From an uncultured Piscirickettsiaceae bacterium (lineage in GTDB: Bacteria > Pseudomonadota > Gammaproteobacteria > GCF-002020875): 64,000 nucleotides of DNA. The notes below the pieces were generated by a model. That model searched no databases. It saw nothing but the letters and a program-made list of their open reading frames with translations, and had not been told where the DNA came from. The position numbers and the translations under genes are program-made. Shown piece by piece: positions 63,044 through 64,000 of this stretch (its first letter is position 1; each line of letters opens with the position of its first letter). The stretch spans positions 506 through 64,505 of the forward strand of contig CAYFOR010000002.1 in NCBI GenBank assembly GCA_964344785.1. Direction: 5' to 3'.

Positions 63044-64000
63044 TTATGATGCAGCAGTATCCGTTTTGAAGAAGCCAACCAGTTTTTTCAAATGGGATGC
63101 CTGCCCACTCAATGCTTCTGCAGCAGAAGTGGTCTCTTCAACCAGTGCGGCGTTCTGCTGGGTGACATGATCCATGCTCGCAATCGAAGTGTTTACCTGA
63201 TTGATGCCCGTTGCCTGCTCGGAAGATGCCGAAGCGATTTCCGCTACGATATCGTTCACTTTCTGGATGGACTGGTTGATGTCGGTTAGAGAGGTACCTG
63301 TCTCAGTAACAAACTTGGAGCCTTCACCAACCGTTGTCACGCTATTCTCAATTAACGATTTGATTTCATTGGATGCATCGGCAGAGCGTTGTGCCAGTGT
63401 ACGAACCTCGCCTGCAACCACTGCAAAACCACGACCATTATCGCCTGCTCGCGCGGCTTCTACCGCTGCATTCAGCGCAAGCAGGTTGGTCTGGAATGCA
63501 ATGCCGTCAATCATCGTGATGATTTCAGCAATTTTATTGCTTGACTCTGTAATATGGGCCATGGAATCTACCGCCTTGCGAGCAATGTCTGCACCGCCAT
63601 CCGCTGCATTGCGCGCATGCGTTGAAAGCTGGTTGGCCTGCTGGGCAGCATCCGTGTTTTGTCCCACCGTTGCCGTCATCTCTTCCATGGACGCCGATGT
63701 CTCTTCCAGAACGGCGGCCTGCTCCTGTGTACGCTGACTGAGCTCTTTGGAGCCCGCAGCTACCTGATTGGACGCGTGTGCAACCGAGTCGGATACCCGA
63801 AGAATCTCTGTTACCGTGGTGTTCAGTTTGACTGCAGAGGCATTGATCGCCTCTTTGAGTACACGTAGTTCACCGTGATAGTCCCTGGTAATGCTCTTCG
63901 TCAAGTCGCCTTCACTTTGAGCGACCACAACACCTGTAATATCGGATATGGCACCTTCCAGTGCGTCCATTGATCGGTTCACGATGTTTTTCAGCTTGAG
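63044..64000 (-). CDS. methyl-accepting chemotaxis protein, C-terminal signalling domain (N-terminal part beyond window)
   Basis: Highly conserved MCP signalling region (..[28 protein letters not shown]..), methylation heptads; frame stays open to the window edge. Confidence 0.8.
   Translation of the reverse strand, partial: LKLKNIVNRSMDALEGAISDITGVVVAQSEGDLTKSITRDYHGELRVLKEAINASAVKLNTTVTEILRVSDSVAHASNQVAAGSKELSQRTQEQAAVLEETSASMEEMTATVGQNTDAAQQANQLSTHARNAADGGADIARKAVDSMAHITESSNKIAEIITMIDGIAFQTNLLALNAAVEAARAGDNGRGFAVVAGEVRTLAQRSADASNEIKSLIENSVTTVGEGSKFVTETGTSLTDINQSIQKVNDIVAEIASASSEQATGINQVNTSIASMDHVTQQNAALVEETTSAAEALSGQASHLKKLVGFFKTDTAAS

Overview
Moderately GC-rich gammaproteobacterial chromosomal window, mostly conserved housekeeping genes with an accessory-like block of about 14 kb in the middle.

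1-21 kb is core: the 3' end of rimP, then nusA-infB-rbfA-truB-rpsO-pnp; surE-pcm-yqaA-like-nlpD-rpoS; convergent aat and trxB; ald; a FecR-domain gene; ftsK-lolA-rarA.

21-35.4 kb sits between rarA and serS, which are adjacent in enterobacterial genomes. It holds an orphan small ORF; yceD, maf, a HAD phosphatase and rluC; a 1022-aa hybrid histidine kinase ending in a hemerythrin domain; a secreted MsrA-MsrB fusion; an ECF sigma/anti-sigma pair plus an HD-GYP protein; a four-gene RiPP-type operon; and crcB with a DUF190 gene. The RiPP operon encodes a Sec-signal Cys-rich precursor carrying (EGKCGEGKCGGxKPKAS) repeats, a DUF692 protein (MbnB-like), a DUF2063 protein (MbnC-like) and DoxX. It looks like a bufferin-type copper-metallophore cluster of the EGKCG-repeat class and is the most interesting system here.

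35.4-64 kb holds serS, cysG, a CBS protein, two signalling cassettes (periplasmic binding proteins with hybrid kinases and response regulators), tRNA-Arg(CCU), nudF, a DUF1249 gene, htpG behind a sigma32-like promoter, dacB, a bolA-like gene, an RNB exoribonuclease, two ABC-F ATPases (yheS-like and uup-like) around ung-slyX, and a partial MCP.

Superimposed is a mosaic MITE-like intergenic repeat family with at least 7 copies. Its inverted-repeat ends abut or supply the stop and C-terminal codons of several genes. No CRISPR array, integrase or transposase ORF was seen.
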